In this document: piece by piece, positions 62,224 through 64,000 of the stretch
How the letters are laid out: every line of letters starts with the position of its first letter
Numbering within the stretch: position 1 is the first letter of the stretch
NCBI GenBank assembly: GCA_031367385.1
Contig: JANLPS010000090.1
Coordinates: 1 to 64,000, forward strand
DNA from: Archangium sp.
GTDB taxonomy: Bacteria > Myxococcota > Myxococcia > Myxococcales > Myxococcaceae
Reading direction: 5' to 3'
DNA length: 64,000 bases
Position numbers and translations under genes: made by a program
The notes under the pieces: model-generated
The model's input: the letters and a program-made list of their open reading frames with translations, nothing else
What the model was told of the DNA's origin: nothing
The model's database searches: none

Positions 62224-63102
62224 TTACCGGGTCAGGCGCTGCACTTCTCGCATCATGAAGCCGCGGGTCTCCATGTCGACGCCGTCGAGGCGCACGCCGA
62301 AGCCGCGCAGGTGGTTGCGGCTGTCGACCGTGCCCGACTCGAGCGCAACCGCGCCCAGCGCCTCGATGTTGCGCTGCGCTTCGACGAACTGAAACGTGAG
62401 CAGCATGCGCGTACCCAGGCCCAGCGTCGGCAGACAGGGGAAGAAGACCGACGCGTTCTGCAGGTTCATCAGCCGGTGTACCGAAAACACGTGGGCGGTC
62501 GAGCCGTTGATCTCGAGCGAGCCCTTCATGCGCGCATCGGTCTGCTGCAGCCGCAATCTGGCCAGCGCCCAGGTGTCTTCACGGCTCGGCGCAGGGCTCG
62601 GAGTCGACGCCGCCGCGGCCGCGCTCGTGAAGCGCTTCTCGACGGTGGTGATGACCTCGGTCAGGTATTGGTACACCGCCATCTGCGCCCGCAACAGCTC
62701 AGGCGCGACGTCTTTGGGCAAGCGACCCGGGTGAACGTGCTTCGCTCGAGCCGCGAAGCCGGCCCGAAAATCTTTGGCGGTGGCGTTGGCTGGCACGCCG
62801 AACAATTGGTGCGGCCGCAGGTCTTTGAAGCGGTCGAGCTCGAACATCAAGCGCTGGGCCTCTTCGGTTTCACGCCGCCGCCGCACGTCGGGCAATTCGG
62901 CGCCGACCATCGCTTGCACCTGCGGCTGCCGGGCGATCGGCTTCCACGTGAGGTTGTCGCCCGAGACGTGCAGAAAGAAGCCCGGTCTCGCGCGAATGAG
63001 ATCGACTGCGACTTCTCGAGAAATTGGCCCGACCTGGCCGCCGCGAGAATCTTTGAGGTACCAATTGTCCATGTCGTCTCCGAGGGTCGGGTACGATGTC
63101 AT
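62224..63102 (-). CDS. GYF_2-like + degenerate J-domain + PilZ-like protein
   Basis: WYL...GQVGP (GYF_2); HQLFGV...AKHVHPGRL (J-like, HPG); NLQNASVF...GFGVRL (PilZ-like). Start 63102 or 63072. Confidence 0.65.
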   Translation of the reverse strand: MTSYPTLGDDMDNWYLKDSRGGQVGPISREVAVDLIRARPGFFLHVSGDNLTWKPIARQPQVQAMVGAELPDVRRRRETEEAQRLMFELDRFKDLRPHQLFGVPANATAKDFRAGFAARAKHVHPGRLPKDVAPELLRAQMAVYQYLTEVITTVEKRFTSAAAAASTPSPAPSREDTWALARLRLQQTDARMKGSLEINGSTAHVFSVHRLMNLQNASVFFPCLPTLGLGTRMLLTFQFVEAQRNIEALGAVALESGTVDSRNHLRGFGVRLDGVDMETRGFMMREVQRLTR

Positions 63103-63187
63103 GCCCCCGGGTGTAGGACACAAGGACTCGTTCTGGAGTCGCACCTTTCATGCGCTCACCGCCGATGAAAACCCCCAAAAACGACGA

Positions 63188-64000
63188 ATGCTGAGCTTGG
63201 GCGCGCCACTCGGGCTTCTCACTCTTCTGGCCGTGCCAGCGGTGTTGGCCGCCTACTTCTTACGGCGCCGGCAACCGGTGCGCGTGGTGAGCGCGCTGTT
63301 CTTGTGGAGAACCCCACAGCACCGCGCCGATGCCGGCCCCCGGCTCGAGCGGCTGAGCCGCGAACGCTCGCTGATTCTCGAGCTGCTGGCGGTGCTCGCA
63401 GCCACCGCGTTCTTGAGCGACCTGGGCTGCGCGCAAACGGCGACCCAAACGCAGCTGGTAGTGGTGCTCGACGGCAGCCTCTCGATGCAAGCGAGCGTCG
63501 ATGGGCACTCGAGCCGAGACCGCGCGCTCGAGCTGCTGACCCGCTTGATTGGCGAGTCACGACCGGCGGTGGTGTCGGTGATCGAGTCGGGCACCCGCCC
63601 GACCGTCTTGGCAGGGCCGAGGCTCGAAGCGGCGCGCGTGATGGCACAGCTCGAGCGCTGGGTGCCCTCGCAGCCGGCGCATGATCTCGCTCCCGCGATG
63701 CAGATGGCCAAAGAGCTCGCGGGCTCCGATGAGCAGCTCGAGCTCATCACCGATGGGCCAGTGGTCGGCGAGCTGCCTGCGCAGACACAGGTGCGCTCGG
63801 TGGGGCTTCGGGCCGAAAACCTGGCGCTGACCTCGGCGCGGCGAAGCGATGAAGCGGGTCGCGCGATGGTCACCGTGCGGGTGTCGAACTTCGGAGACTC
63901 CACGCGCCGGGTACCAGTGCGGTTCGGCGGCGACGGCGTTGTCACCCAGACGCAAGAGGTCGAGGTGCCGGCCGGCGGCTCCATCGCGCTCAGAGCGGGC
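63188..64000 (+). CDS. BatA N-terminal double-TM + vWA domain protein (runs off the window)
   Basis: Not in the ORF track because it has no stop in the window. Reads MLSLGAPLGLLTLLAVPAVLAAYFLRRRQPVRVVSALFLW...VVVLDGSLSM (MIDAS)...LITDG. Confidence 0.85.
   Translation, partial: MLSLGAPLGLLTLLAVPAVLAAYFLRRRQPVRVVSALFLWRTPQHRADAGPRLERLSRERSLILELLAVLAATAFLSDLGCAQTATQTQLVVVLDGSLSMQASVDGHSSRDRALELLTRLIGESRPAVVSVIESGTRPTVLAGPRLEAARVMAQLERWVPSQPAHDLAPAMQMAKELAGSDEQLELITDGPVVGELPAQTQVRSVGLRAENLALTSARRSDEAGRAMVTVRVSNFGDSTRRVPVRFGGDGVVTQTQEVEVPAGGSIALRAG

Overview
High-GC bacterial chromosome segment, most likely Myxococcota. Supporting signs are the split nuoEF-JKLMN operon, a Myxococcales-type ECF sigma factor, Ser/Thr kinases and many Cys-rich, DAG-linker lipoproteins. 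Bases 1-9.7 kb are a decayed accessory region: two IS66 right ends bracket a 5'-truncated PAS hybrid kinase, there is an IS91 remnant, and short copies of neighbouring gene ends are duplicated. Next come a trehalose cluster (otsB, membrane-anchored otsA, frameshifted GH15), a SNF2-like helicase with a coupled 83-aa partner, surface lipoproteins, signalling genes, complex I genes and a WYL-WYL regulator pair. The most striking element is at 45.06-46.78 kb. A JmjC/cupin_8 2OG-Fe(II) oxygenase gene lies head-to-head with a 64-aa ORF made of four KIPPHPAP cores. The pair is bracketed by two diverged copies of a double-palindrome element and sits beside an ABC exporter. This is a candidate undescribed repeat-precursor RiPP or peptide-hydroxylation cassette. 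All annotations come from reading motifs by eye; no database searches were run.
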